Source: Epiperipatus broadwayi
Lineage: Eukaryota > Animalia > Onychophora
Assembly: GCA_028023455.1 (NCBI GenBank)
Contig: JAQFVV010000003.1
Location: forward strand, 1,116,001-1,180,000
DNA length: 64,000 nt
Reading direction: 5' to 3'
In this document: positions 36,201 to 48,908 of the stretch, piece by piece
Numbering within the stretch: the first letter of the stretch is position 1
How the letters are laid out: every line of letters begins with the position of its first letter
Notes under the pieces: model-generated
Seen by the model: the letters and a program-made list of their open reading frames with translations, nothing else
The model's database searches: none
Told to the model about the DNA's origin: nothing
Program-made: the position numbers and the translations under genes

Positions 36201-39200
36201 TAATACTAGCTCTTCTGTGAATAACTCTGGGTACATAGTTTAACATTTCCTACTTGATGGAAATGTTTTTAACAATGGAAATCTTAATCCCTAAGTCACA
36301 AAATTAATCTCTACAATTATGGGACTTATTTGTCTTTTCACAATCACTTTGTCTCTGTATATAATTGGAGCATTTACCTTTTCAACTACATCTTTAACTT
36401 TGATATTAGTCTTTTTCATTTTAATCTCTTTATGCCCATCTGCTATTTCCTCCCATTGGCTTTTGGACACCAGTGAAATACCCTAATGACTATCAATCGC
36501 TATTTCAAATTATGTGCTATGTATTTTAACTTTTAGCATAAATTGATTTTGCCCGTGCGATGTCATACTCTTTTTTATATATTAACCTCTTGTTTGGTTA
36601 TGACTCTTATTTTTTGATTTTGCTTTTTTACAAACTGTTGCCAAAATATCTCTATTCCTGCAATTAAAACAGCTTTCTCATTGCCATTTACAATTCTTCA
36701 TTAAATGTCCTATTTTATCACAACAAAAATATTTCCCTAATGGTATTGTTTCGCTACTTACTTTATAATTTCTCAGTGGCATACTTTTATCAGTTTTATA
36801 TACTGATATTCTGCCCTCTTCTTCCACTTTACTTTTAAAAACAAGGGTTTTGTCAATTATTAATTCATACGTGATTCCTTTTTTGATCGCTGTTTCATAT
36901 GACAACTTAATTTCAGTCAACAAAATTTGTCTTAATCTTTTCTCTGCCATTTACCATAGCAATTGATTTAATAATACCTGTTTTTTAAATTCACCATACT
37001 GACAATTTTTTGCTAGCTGATGTAATGCTATGTTGAAATACTTTATTTTCTCCCCTTTTGCCTGTCTTCTATTTTGTAGTGCCAATATAGCAATATGTCT
37101 AGACACTCAAAGGCTGAAATGCTCTGTTAATTTATTCACTACCTCTCATATCTTACTGTCTCAGTTATAGGTCCACCAAACAACCTGTTTAACATTTCTA
37201 TTACTTTTCTCCCTGCCAAACACACCGGAGTGTCTACCTTTTTACTATTATTCCTTAAGCTATTGTGTGAAAAAATTTTCAAGTTGAATTCCATATAAAG
37301 GCCATTCCACTGCATTTTCAATATATAATTCAGAGATAGTCATTTGATCTATCATTTTATTCTTTGATTGCCTTATCAATAGTTACAATTGCTTGTCAAT
37401 TCAGCTCTTGACTGTACGATTTTTACTTTCCCACTTTAATACTACTTTCCCTATTACTACATTCAAATTTCTGACTTTGCCATTTTATTGTGATGTATTC
37501 CCCTGACCATTCAGCTGATACACACTCCCAAATAATATAATAACAAGAGTATCTTAGTCAAACTATTTATTACATTTCAAATATAACAAAATTATATATC
37601 TCATATATAGATAAATAGATAAACTCAGTTTTAAATACATTTGCAGCACTTTTAAATTTACTGCCCAAAACTAACAGTCCTTATCACATTTCTCTTTTAA
37701 CAACTTAGGTATGTATATTACAAGTTACCCAATATTAAATCCTTGTAGCCCTTTAGGCTTACATAATAAAAAATAAGATCAGGATGATCTGTTTTAAAAC
37801 TAGTCAGGTTTTTGTACCTTCAGATCAGGTCTCTGGGGTTACTCTTGTGCTGGAACATGATGACTTAATACAGATGATACCAGTTACTAGAACACACTCA
37901 TTTTACAAGTGAAGGAAAAAGCACTTCACTGCTGAAATACAGAATTTATATAGTCCACAGTTTTTTCCCTTATCTGATTCTTCTCATTACTTAAATTCCT
38001 TTGTGAAATGTCACTTTCCAGATCTTCTATTTTAAATTGTTTAATCTTTCTTTAATCAGTTCTCAACTGGCTCTTCAATACTTTTTAATCAGTTTGTAAT
38101 TTTTTTTTTTTTAATTACACAACAATTCTACGTTTTTAATATTTACATTATCTCTGTCGAGATCAAATTCCTAAGTACTTCTCTTTCCGTTTTCTTTAAT
38201 TTATATATTTAATCTTTTTTTTATTTTTTTGTTACGTATACTTCTGGATTATTCTTGTTGATATTTAAAATTAAATATTTATTCTGTGTATAAATACTAC
38301 ACATATAATTATTAGTAGTAATTAAAAAACCAATATACCTATTAATAAGAAGTATTAAATATTGACAAAAATAAATAAATAAATATTAATATATGTCATC
38401 ATAAATAATTAATATAGAAAAGAAAATATATATCAAAATATGTGTGTTAATAGTGTTTAAATATTAAGCATGTTTAAGAGGAAATTTAAGTAGCGAATAT
38501 TAAAAAATGTACTGTAATAATTTTAAATATTAATTAAACAAATTTAAAATAGATCACTTTTAAAGGTTAATCTTATCCAATACTTTCAGCATTCTGTTTT
38601 TGTGACTAGTTAATCAGGATAAGTTCAAACTTTTTGAATATTTGATGTACTTCAGTCACTATCATGCAAAGTTCAATGTTTCATCTGGTTTAAGTCTCCA
38701 TCATTATTAACAGGTTTAATGATGGTACATATGGATTGTGCATCCATAATTGATAAGTATATAAAGATTGTAAGAGGGCATTTAACAGCACATTTTAAAA
38801 ATTGGCAGAAGGCAATATAATTCCATATTTTGATATTCAGAATACTAATAAAAGATGTTACTTCATCATGGTGAGACTTTCAACCATAGTATGTGTTTCC
38901 ATATTAGCTTAACCATTTACAAATCAGCAGCTTTTTAAATCTCTGGGAAATACTGTTCTGACCAGTCTAATTCTTTTGAATATCTTTCACTTAGTCTTAT
39001 ATCTGTTTGAAATAAGCCACATGTTGATTCTTTTGTTCAGTTTTTTTTTTAAACTTTTTCCCTGAATCCTTGTCTGCATCGAAGTTACAGCTCTATTTAA
39101 TTGTTCCCCAGGCACCATATTGAATTTTTTAAAAAACCTGACCTGAGACAGAATTTTCACAATAACTTCAGTTTTAATTATATTACAGCAAAAAAAATTA

Positions 39201-41422
39201 CATTAATAGAAACTAGAAAAACTAACGAAAACAATAAGTCTAAGACAAATAGTGATAACCATTTAAAAAATAAGGAAAAAAGAAGTTTCACCATCCAAAA
39301 TAATTATTACTTTATTGTTTGTTCATAATTTCTAATGATAACTAAGTTTAAATTATACCTTCAGTGATAATTTCTTTGTATTCCTCACAAAATTATCTTT
39401 CAAACCATATATAATATGTCTTACCTAAGGTAATCCATAGCTTCAGAATCTCCAAAAGTATTTGCATAAGAATTCTTCATTTTTATCTTGTACCCCAAAA
39501 GTTATCAAATCTCAAAGGCATCTATAAGAAACAGATTCATTCTAATAAAAGATACAAAACAAATCATTTCCAAAAAATAGATATACATTTGTCATCATAG
39601 CAATTGGCTTCTTGTCTACCTAAAACTAGAAATTGTAGGCTACTATCTGTATCACTGATAAAATGAGTTTCATTTCTTCATTTTATATTTTTTTGTGTAC
39701 ATATGATGTTTATATTTTTTATGCACACCAGTGATGGTTTATATTCTTTATGCAATCCAGTGATGCTGTTATATTTATTGTATCACATAGATATAATTTA
39801 TTTGCATATAGTCAATTTGTTAGCTATAGACTTGAAAATAATGTGTTGAAAGATGTGGCAAAATTAGTGACTCCACAGCATGAGGATGAAGGCATAGGCA
39901 AGAATCAGAATTTGATTCTTTGCCTGCACATGCAATCTTTCTGTACATTTGATTATTAGTTTTGTAAATCATTACTTGTAAACACAAACACACTATATAA
40001 ACATAATAATAAATAATAAATTATTAAACTTTTTGAGAATCATTATTTTTATAAAATAAGTTTATTTTTATAAAATAAGTGGATTAGAACTTAGAAAATT
40101 ACCATAGATATGAATTCTATATGAGGATAAATAAATATATAATTGATATAGACACACATTACTGCAAACTGAAATTAATAAAAATGAAATAATTAAAAAA
40201 AATTAAAATATTATTCAAAAAATTAAAATTGTATACTTATGAGTCTGATATTCAGCTTATGTTTAGACTCCATTGAAGGTTTTGTTTGTGAATCAGAGTA
40301 TTTTTATTCCAATAAAAGTGTATTTGAAGGCCGATAAGTATTTTCTGTCTTTATTACTTCATGGAAATTACAAAATTGATCAAAAAAAAATTAAATGCTC
40401 TGGTTATGAAAAAAAATTAATAAAAAAATCCAAATGTCATCAGATTTTTTTTGCGAAAGACATCTTCAGAAAGCCATGTCAGAGAACTGTCAATTACCCA
40501 TATTTTGTTTGACATCATGCTTATAGTTTTTACGTCAGTAAAAAAAGAAAATATTTCAATCAATCAAAAAAAATACATGGGACACATACCTGAAGAGCCA
40601 AAACAATAAAAAAAAAAAGAGATTTGTTCTTGTGCTTGTCCCCTAATTTATAACCGATGATATGCACAATAGTACATAGTTATCAAGGTACCCTATTATT
40701 GTTTTCTTCTAATTTGTCCTTAACTAATTATATAATTTTCTTTTAATACCACAATAATATTTCTTTGTCTTTACAGAAAAAATAGATACAAAAAATACTT
40801 TTTATCTTTCCTTTTTCTAATTACATTCATTCTTATTAACATTGTTTTATTTTTAACTTTTTTTTTCTTTACATACAGAAACAATTAAATAGATTACCTA
40901 TTTTTTCTTAATAAAGTACATAAATTAGCTTAATTAATTCTTTCTCTTTTTTTTTTCTTAAAAAAAAAAAAACAGTACTTTTTACCAATCGAAGGATAGG
41001 CAAGAAAGAAATGGAAGAATTAGTTTATTTTTGACTTGGATATTTTTGATTATAAATTGCACCCTTTTTAAGAATTTTTGATTATAAATCAGAACCTGGT
41101 GAATTTGCTATTAAAAATTTCTTTAAAACAATATTATTTATATGTTGTTTGACCCCTAAGTTTGTTATCATAAACCATTTTAAATGCATTGTGATTGATA
41201 ATTATTATTAAAATTGGATGCTTAGAATCTGAAATTAATTCTACCACTTATTTCCTTCATTCACTTATTCATTTTATAACATAGCCAGAAAGCTTATATA
41301 GGCAGACTACTTTATTTTAAACAGTTTGCACCATTACAATATTTATATGCATATTATTGATATAAATTAGAAAAATTGATGAACTAGTGGGTTTAACAAT
41401 AATCTGTTTACATATGCAAATA

Positions 41423-41517
41423 ATTTTTTTGTGTGTCAAATGCATTGACCAGGAAGCGAACCCAGGCCAGCTCCCTGGAAGGCAGCTATGCTAACCACTA
41501 GACCACCAACGCTTGAC
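41423..41517 (-). pseudogene. Retrotransposed tRNA-Gly(TCC) with leader, trailer and A-tail (tRNA body 41441-41512)
   Basis: GCGTTGGTGGTCTAGTGGTTAGCATAGCTGCCTTCCAGGGAGCTGGCCTGGGTTCGCTTCCTGGTCAATGCA is close to metazoan tRNA-Gly-TCC. It has a G-G mismatch in the anticodon stem and an altered T-loop. Flanked by TACATA(T/G)GCAAATA (41409-41422, 41518-41531). Confidence 0.85.
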
Positions 41518-42819
41518 TACATAGGCAAATACTTTAGATGTATTATAATACTATCCAGAAGGTTTCAATATTTAAAGAATAAACTTTTTTTTTGTTGACT
41601 TCCTCTCCAACTTTTATTAAGTGATTCGAGAAAACTCTTTTATTTACAACAATTACAGAAATCACAATATAAATGAGTAAAATTAACAGACCCAAGAGTG
41701 ATAAAGATAGTTTGGATGTACTACCATCAAGTGTTCATTGACTTTACCCAGCTTGCATTGTTGCTTCTTGGGTTAGAAATAAGGTTTTGTTAGCATTTAT
41801 TTATTCTATAGATATTTAGATGATCTGATAATTATAACAGAATTTTGCTCATGTTTTAAAATGTGAGAATTTGATTTCATTCAGAAAACATATCCATAAA
41901 ACTCAGTATTTATAAGATCAGCATTACATGTGCCTATGGAACTTGATGATATAAGGATATCATTAAAATTTATCTTGCATCTTTAAAATTGAGATACTAA
42001 AATTAATTCCATCAACAGGATGGTAAATTTTGGCAAAGTATTATTGATACTATTGGAGAGAGGGTATGATTTTGCAATCTATCAGCTTAGCTGATAACAG
42101 CTAAGTTATTGCCAGAAAAATTATCTCATTTACTAAGCCAATTAATTCTCAAGTAAAGTACAGGATCCTTTCTACTTTGGGTCAGAAATTTTAATTAGAA
42201 TTTTTTTGCTCATTATAAAATTATCTGCCCATAAGCTGTTATTTATTATCACCAAACTATTAGCCATTATCAATTTTTACTGATTTTCAAATTCCATTTT
42301 TAAATATTGTTTTTTTTATTGTATGTGTTGTTATTCCAAGAACATGGTTGTCTTAAACCTGTTATATATATATTTTAAATTATATTTTTTGGTCAAGAAA
42401 CCAGGCTGTTTGTCCATCTGATGTCTCCAGACAGAAAAAAACTCAATGTAAGTGAAATATAGCAGGCTATAGGCAATTTAGGTTAATTTCTTGGTTATGT
42501 TGAAACATGAACTGCAATCAGTTAAGGAACTATATATCATATAAAAGTTCAAAGAGCTTTCCAACATATCTCAGTGACTGTGCCTCACATGTTAATCAAG
42601 GTGACTGAGACAATAAACTTTCACATGTAGAGTTGTTTTGTATGATGTTTGAGATCTCTAGTAACATTGCTTTCATGTTATATATCCATTTATCAAGTTA
42701 AATAAAATAACTCACATGGTAAATGTAATAAAGAGTTCCTGCAACCTTTGTACAGTCCATAAAATGAATAAAATATTAAAGATGTCAGAAAAGTTATCCA
42801 ATTTTTCTGATACAAGAAC

Positions 42820-43283
42820 ATAACAGTTATGAGCAACCATAAGAAGTGGGGATCATGTGATGTTTGGTGGTTTAATACCAATCCTGTTTAGTAGGATAGT
42901 GGTGGCTATGGTTGTTAAGGAACCAAAGACACCAAAATGTATGGATACTGAATTGAGTTCAGACTTATATGACTATATAAGCTAATGAGCTTAGATTGAA
43001 AATATTATTGTGTTTTCAAATTTTATTCTCATAGTTTTGCAGTTAAGTAGAGATAAAAGGTTGCTACTGGAGGGTTGCATTAGATCCTAAGATCTAGGTG
43101 CAGTACTCTCAGATCCAAGGCTCTTTACTGATGAAGGCCACAAGCCAGAAACAAGTCTGGAATGTTAGACGAGTAGGCACTAGATAGGAATTTTATGCAC
43201 AAGCCTTCTGGCATCCATTGATTACTCTGGCTTACACTGAGTGTCACTACTATATGGAGAGTTTTGCCTGTTTTAATAACAGC
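42820..43283 (+). mobile_element. Family A hammerhead-bearing repeat, about one monomer
   Basis: Aligns with 48161-48539 and with the reverse complement of 11290-11640. TAACAG recurs at both ends, about 455 bp apart. Confidence 0.82.
43121..43164 (+). ncRNA. Type I hammerhead ribozyme motif (family A)
   Basis: CTCTTTA CTGATGA A-GGC-CACAA-GCC-A GAAAC AA GTC TGGAATG; predicted GUC cleavage after 43157. Confidence 0.7.
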
Positions 43284-46200
43284 ATTCATGCACATCAGTA
43301 ACATTTCTTGTCAAATACTCTATCTAGAAAGTAACTACACAATAAATACCACAATCATGAATACGTGATCATTAGTAGTGATAATTTATCACACCCTAAA
43401 CATGGTTTATTGTTGTATCTCAATGTTTAAAGATTATAAGTTGTAAACTTTAATTAATCCTTTACACTGATATTGTATGTAGCTAAATTCTCTAGCTAAT
43501 AGTAGAAGTTAATGATTAAACAACTGAATAACACGATAAAACTGTAAAACTTGACAACTGTCAATGATAGCCTAACATTGTTTGTCACCAAAATAGTTCA
43601 GAATATCAATATTTAGACTTATATCAAATTTTAATGAGTCTTTTCCATCTCCAAAAAACATTTTATGTAGGAGGTTTTTTTTTTTACTTGTTAAAAATAT
43701 AATTTACTCGTTGTCTTTTTTTCATTTGTTTTAATATTTTAAAAGCTTTTAATAGGTGTAAATATGTGTTGTTGTTTTTTTTACATATATATATTTGTTT
43801 AATAATTATTTTAAGTTCAGATTAATATTAATGAGAATATTATGTTACCTTCGCAGCAGCATCGCTGACGTACTGACGCCAAATCTTTTTATAAAGCAGA
43901 TGGTTTTACATCTAAAAAAAGATTTTATTTTAAGAAACTATTTTAAAATCCAAAAAGAATTGTGATTTATTTTTTTATTTTTTTTATAATGAAATTTTAT
44001 TAAAACATTAAATAGGTTCAATTATTTCATTAATATAATTAAATATTTATTTTACTAAGCAGCTCTTTATATGAAATCTTTATGTGTATACAGATAAAAA
44101 GATTCACATACTAAAATCAATATCAGAAATTTTGTTGATTCTATGCAAGTACATAGATATTTTGTGAAGATGCGTTAGTAATTTTATACAATTGTATTTA
44201 ATATATAAATCAGTTTTAAATTTATTTAGTCCATCATTCACTAGATGGCAGCAGGTTGTAGTAAATTTTGGCTTTTCCCTTAAATTAAATATGGTATTGT
44301 AATCACGCAGATAATATAAATATACAGAAACTTGTATATAATTTCAAAAATTTGAAATATGTTAATTTATTTCACTTGTCTTTCTCTGTTGCCAATTTTT
44401 TTTTTTAAATAGCTTTTATTATAAACTACATCATATATAGATCAGCGAAATAATACTTAGAGAAATTTCAAAATAGAAATTAAAACAGTAAATTTATGCT
44501 GAAAGCTATAAAATTGTTTAATGGTATCATTGTTAATAATAATAAAAAGTATTAGTTCAGTCATAAAAGTTTATAAGTAACTGAAAATGAGGTTTTTTTT
44601 AGTTAAAATCCTGGGTTGATGAGAAAAATTACCAAGTTTTAATGCATGGTTGCTGTTATAGGATCCAATGAGCAAATTCTTGATTTAGCCCTAAGTAATA
44701 ATGTTCTTTGAATTTAAACACGACGAGTGCACATTATGAAGTATACCTAGATACTTTTATTGTAATATGGAGTAAATGGAAATACAAAGATATATTGGTC
44801 CAGACAAATTTTATCTAACTGCTGTCATTATTATTACTATTATTTTAATTAGAAAAAAAAAAAATCAATAAACTATTATAAATTGAACCAGAATATGTGT
44901 AAAAGTTTAAATAGCTTTTTCTTATGTGCTATTTGGTGTAGATAACAGGCACATGCATATTAATAACAAAGCATTACATCTTTTTTTCGTATCTTTATTG
45001 TGATGTGAGTTTCCACAAGCAATAATTTATTCTCATTCTTCTTCATATGCATCTATTTTTAAACTAGGTGCATCCTAGTTTGCTCTAGGGACTATTTGCC
45101 AAAATCTAGAGTTCAGATGCAGATATTAGGCTGTCTTCTAGGTGTCTACTGATTACTCAGGTTTACAATTTATGGCTTTGGGAGAAAGGCAAGCTAATGA
45201 ATTGACACTACAGCAAATGATTTTCTGGAAAGCATAGTCAAAAACAAAAGTTTTTTGTTCATAATAAAAAATATTTACTGCATCAAGCTATTCATAACTG
45301 CTATGATAAAGAGGTTCCAAAGAAATGCATCATAGAAGGTAAAAGATTTCTGTGATACTAGTTTTGAAGGATTGGTAAAGTATAAGGAGAATTGAGATAT
45401 AAATATCTTTTGGTTTTAAAAGTAGATTTTAAGCTTGTAATAGAATGATATAGGGAAAAATATCAAACTCTGAACACATGGAAATCCCAATATTTAACGC
45501 TTTTCACTTACCTGAAGAGCAAAAGGTTATTCACAAAATGCATATATAGTGAAAGATAATGATCTGGGCTTTTGCACTGATAGAAGATGATTGTGATATG
45601 GCAATTTGAGATAAGTATTATGTTGATAAAAAATTTAAATTCTTGTTTTAATTGTTTTGCTTTTTATATTAACTTTTCATACCATAAATGATCATAAAAG
45701 TATAACTGAAGTTTAATTTTGTGAGCAGTTGATTAAGTAGTCAGTAAAGTAATGATAAGAAAAAGTTTCTTGCTCAATTTCTGATTGTGAAAAATGGAGG
45801 TGATTTATTCTAGTTATAAGAAAAGGAACTGTTGGCTTTTTATATCCTGAAAAATTGAACCTGCTCTAATCTAATTATTTCCAAACTAGAAAAATTTTAG
45901 TTATAAGAGACAGAAAGGTTTTTAACCACAGTAATAGAAAATATTAGTTTTTTTTATACTCTCAGTATTTTTTTTACGACTGAATATGTGTTATTGTTTT
46001 TTTACTTCATAATTTCTTCTAAGATTAAATGCATTTTTTTCACTCCTGTGACAATTTATCTATATCATTCCTTTCGAAATTACTGAATCTTTTTTATGTC
46101 TTTTTCTAATTGTTTATAACTGCATGAAATAAACTCTTAACAATAAATTTAACAAGCATATTTCTTAAAGAAGTAGAATAAGTACTCTTTCTTATTGCAT

Positions 46201-46859
46201 TGCTAAATGTTTACCATATAATACTAAATCATCCATGCACTTAACCACTATTACACAATACTTTATTTACATTAAACTGAAAAAGACAGTGGTAAATAAA
46301 GCATTTTGTAACAGTAGTAAAATGCATGGATGCTTTAATATTATATGTCATATTTTTTTAAAGTTATTTCATGGGACCACAAAATATTTTACTTTTAATA
46401 CATGCATTTTGATGATGATAGGACTCCATATTGTTTAGTTTAGAGATAGAATGGTGGATTATGTAACTTTAGGTCGATGGATCATGACTCCACTTCATCA
46501 GTCTAGTGCAGGTGTCTGCAAATCTATGAGATGGAAGAGCTAAATCTGACACTCGCAACAATTTAAAAATTATTCAGGAGCCATGAATATATTTTTACAA
46601 ATAAGGAAAATTTAAAGAAATACTATAACAAGTTATAATATTAATTACATCTTTATTAAATGTAGATTAAATCACATGGAAAATTGCTAGCATTGGTTTT
46701 AATCAGAGTCAACAATTAGCCTGCATTTCTTTAAGTTTCTGTTTGTCTGGTTGATAATTAGTGGTGTTTAATTTAAGGCATGATTCCAAGTTGGCATCAG
46801 TAATTTGGTTCCTCAATTTACATTTAATAAAATTCATGTTAGAAAATTATTGTTCACAT

Positions 46860-48908
46860 AAGTATATAAATCCAAAGATACCGAGAATACCAAATGCAAT
46901 TTTTTTCAACTCATGATATGAATCTGGAAGACTATTCCAAGTAATAAAAATCATAGTCTGCCTTCTGTAGATTTTTTATAGCACTCTGCTGGTACTGTGA
47001 AAGCAGACTACATTTTTCTTTTTCCAGTTCTTCCATAATAAAATTGGAGCTCCATAAATCTTTGCTTGTCAAGTCCAGCAGTTGTGTTTCAAAATTACCC
47101 ATATCGATATTAAATGGTGAAAATTGTAATTCTTTCACATTGGCATTAAGGTGATTCATAATAAAAATCTTTGAAGAAAAGATTCTCTTGTGTTTAAAAT
47201 TGTCTTAAAATAATCTTTGTTAATGAGGGCATTGTTTTCTCAGCAATATTGAGATAAGTTTGGGAAATTAACTGAAGTTCCCCTCTCTAAATTTTCAGCA
47301 AATAGAATCAATTTCTTTTCAAACAAAATAATTTCTTCTACCATTGAAAAAGCAGTATTTCCCACACCTTGTAATTTATAATTGAGCTGATTCACTTGTG
47401 ATGTAACATCCACCATGAAATACAATTTTTGAAACTACTGATCTTCTGTTAATTCTAAATATTGTACATCCTTGTTGTCAAGAAATAGTTTGATTTCATT
47501 TATGAAAAATGTTTTGACATGTCTCTGGAAAGCCATTGAATCCTGTTATATTGGAGATCTAGTCCTCTTGCTACAATAAAATTAATTATCTTACTAAGTC
47601 CATAACTTTAACGATTTCTTCTGGAAATGTTTGTGCACAAAGTGCTTCCTGGTGAAGTATACAATAATTGAAAAAAACCCTTTTTCGATCCCACCATACA
47701 AAATTTTTTCCTTATCAGTTGCAATTGGCACAATTTTATCAAATATGTTTTTTTCCATGCATTCAATTACAGTATTTGCTATGTCCTCTTCTCACATTTG
47801 GCCCTTGAGTGGCAATAATCATAAAAGTTCCTCTCTTGGACCTTTAGATGATATATACCACACCTAAAGGGAAATCTGAGTTGTGCCCTTGATGTTACAA
47901 GACTCATCCACTGCAATAGATAAAGCTGAAGATAATTTAATATCTTCAATTTGTTGTTCCCCACATTTAAGGCCATTTTAACTGTCCTATCTGTTACTGT
48001 TTTGGCAGATAATGGCATATTTTTAATTTTATTTAAAATCTTTGTTTTATTTTCGAAATCACACAAGAAAGTTCTTCATATGCTTTAACAAAACAACATT
48101 TTATGTACTTGTCATCTGTTACTAAAACAGGCAAAACTCTCCATACAGTATTGTCACTCAGAACCAAAGACACCAAAGTGTATAGGTACTGAACTGAGTT
48201 CAGATCTATATGATTATATAAGCTAATGAGCTTGGATTGAAAATATTATTGTGTTTTAAATTTAGGATTCATAGTTTTGTAGTTAAGTACAGATAAAAGG
48301 TGGCTGCTGGAGGGTTGCATTAGATCCTAAGATCTAGGTGCAGTGCTCTCAGATTCAAAGCTCCTCACTGATGAAGGCCACAAGCCAGTAGGCACTAGAT
48401 GGGGATTTTATGCACAAGCCTTCTGACATTTCATTGATTACTTTGGCTTGCACTGAATAGCAATACTGTATGGATAGTTTTGCCTGTTTTAATAACAGTT
48501 ATAAGCAAGCATAAGAAATGGTGATCATGTGATGTTATTTACTTACCATCTGTGAATGGTTTTTCTCTCTTAGCGATTTTCTGAGTTACTACAAAGCTCG
48601 CTATTGTAACATTATTGGAAAACTGTCTCCAATAATCAAATACAGGACTTTATTTTTCAATATTTTTCTGAAGTTCTTCAATTGCTCTTTTTCTCGTATC
48701 ATAGACGGTATTTTATGGCAAATGTGGGATGTTTTGTCGTGAATTATCTTTCTAAATTATACTTCTTGTTTTGTGCCAGTGTTTCTTGGCAAATAAGGTA
48801 GGTTGTATGGCCCTCTGAGTTTGTGATAAATGTAAAAGATTCAGTCCATTCAGTTTTGAAATCATGATGCTCATCTAATGTTTTTCTCAGTCTTTTCTTT
48901 ATAGTCAT
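46860..48908 (-). pseudogene. hAT transposase pseudogene
   Basis: From ATG 48908: EHHDFKTEWTESFTF..LICQETLAQNKKYNLER*FTTKH (BED-like finger), KPFTDG, MPLSAKTVTDR, VNQLNYKLQG. Many stops and frameshifts; interrupted at 48120-48539. Confidence 0.9.
48120..48539 (+). mobile_element. Family A repeat with inverted 5' segment, inserted in the transposase gene
   Basis: TSD TACTT(GT/AC)CATCTGT (48106-48119, 48540-48553). 48120-48160 is the reverse complement of the unit's tail. CTGATGA core at 48368 is followed by a deletion that removes GAAAC..GTC. Confidence 0.85.

Larger units (their letters stand above)
31486..38301 (-). mobile_element. Old Ty3/Gypsy LTR retrotransposon (Mag/K02A2.6-like), pseudogenised
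   Basis: LTRs at 37489-38301 and 31486-32353 (roughly 80% identical). PPT AAAGGGAGAAAG next to the 3' LTR, PBS-like TGGCAAAGTCAG after the 5' LTR, TSD CACAT/CATAT. Remnants of Gag (CCDKIGHLMKNC knuckle), RT/RNase H (AKPLYELL, ASRTLSKAEWNYSQ, ITDHK) and integrase (IVSDN). Confidence 0.9.

Noticed and set aside
39060-40700. Possible piggyBac-like remnant (Cys-rich tail near 40620-40680)
   Set aside because: No TTAA-flanked TIRs or catalytic motifs identified.
43857-43915. Frame SIADVLTPNLFIKQ after a CAG as the next PKA-RII exon
   Set aside because: Weak acceptor, no ERM motif, no donor site, and a poor match to cNMP domain B.
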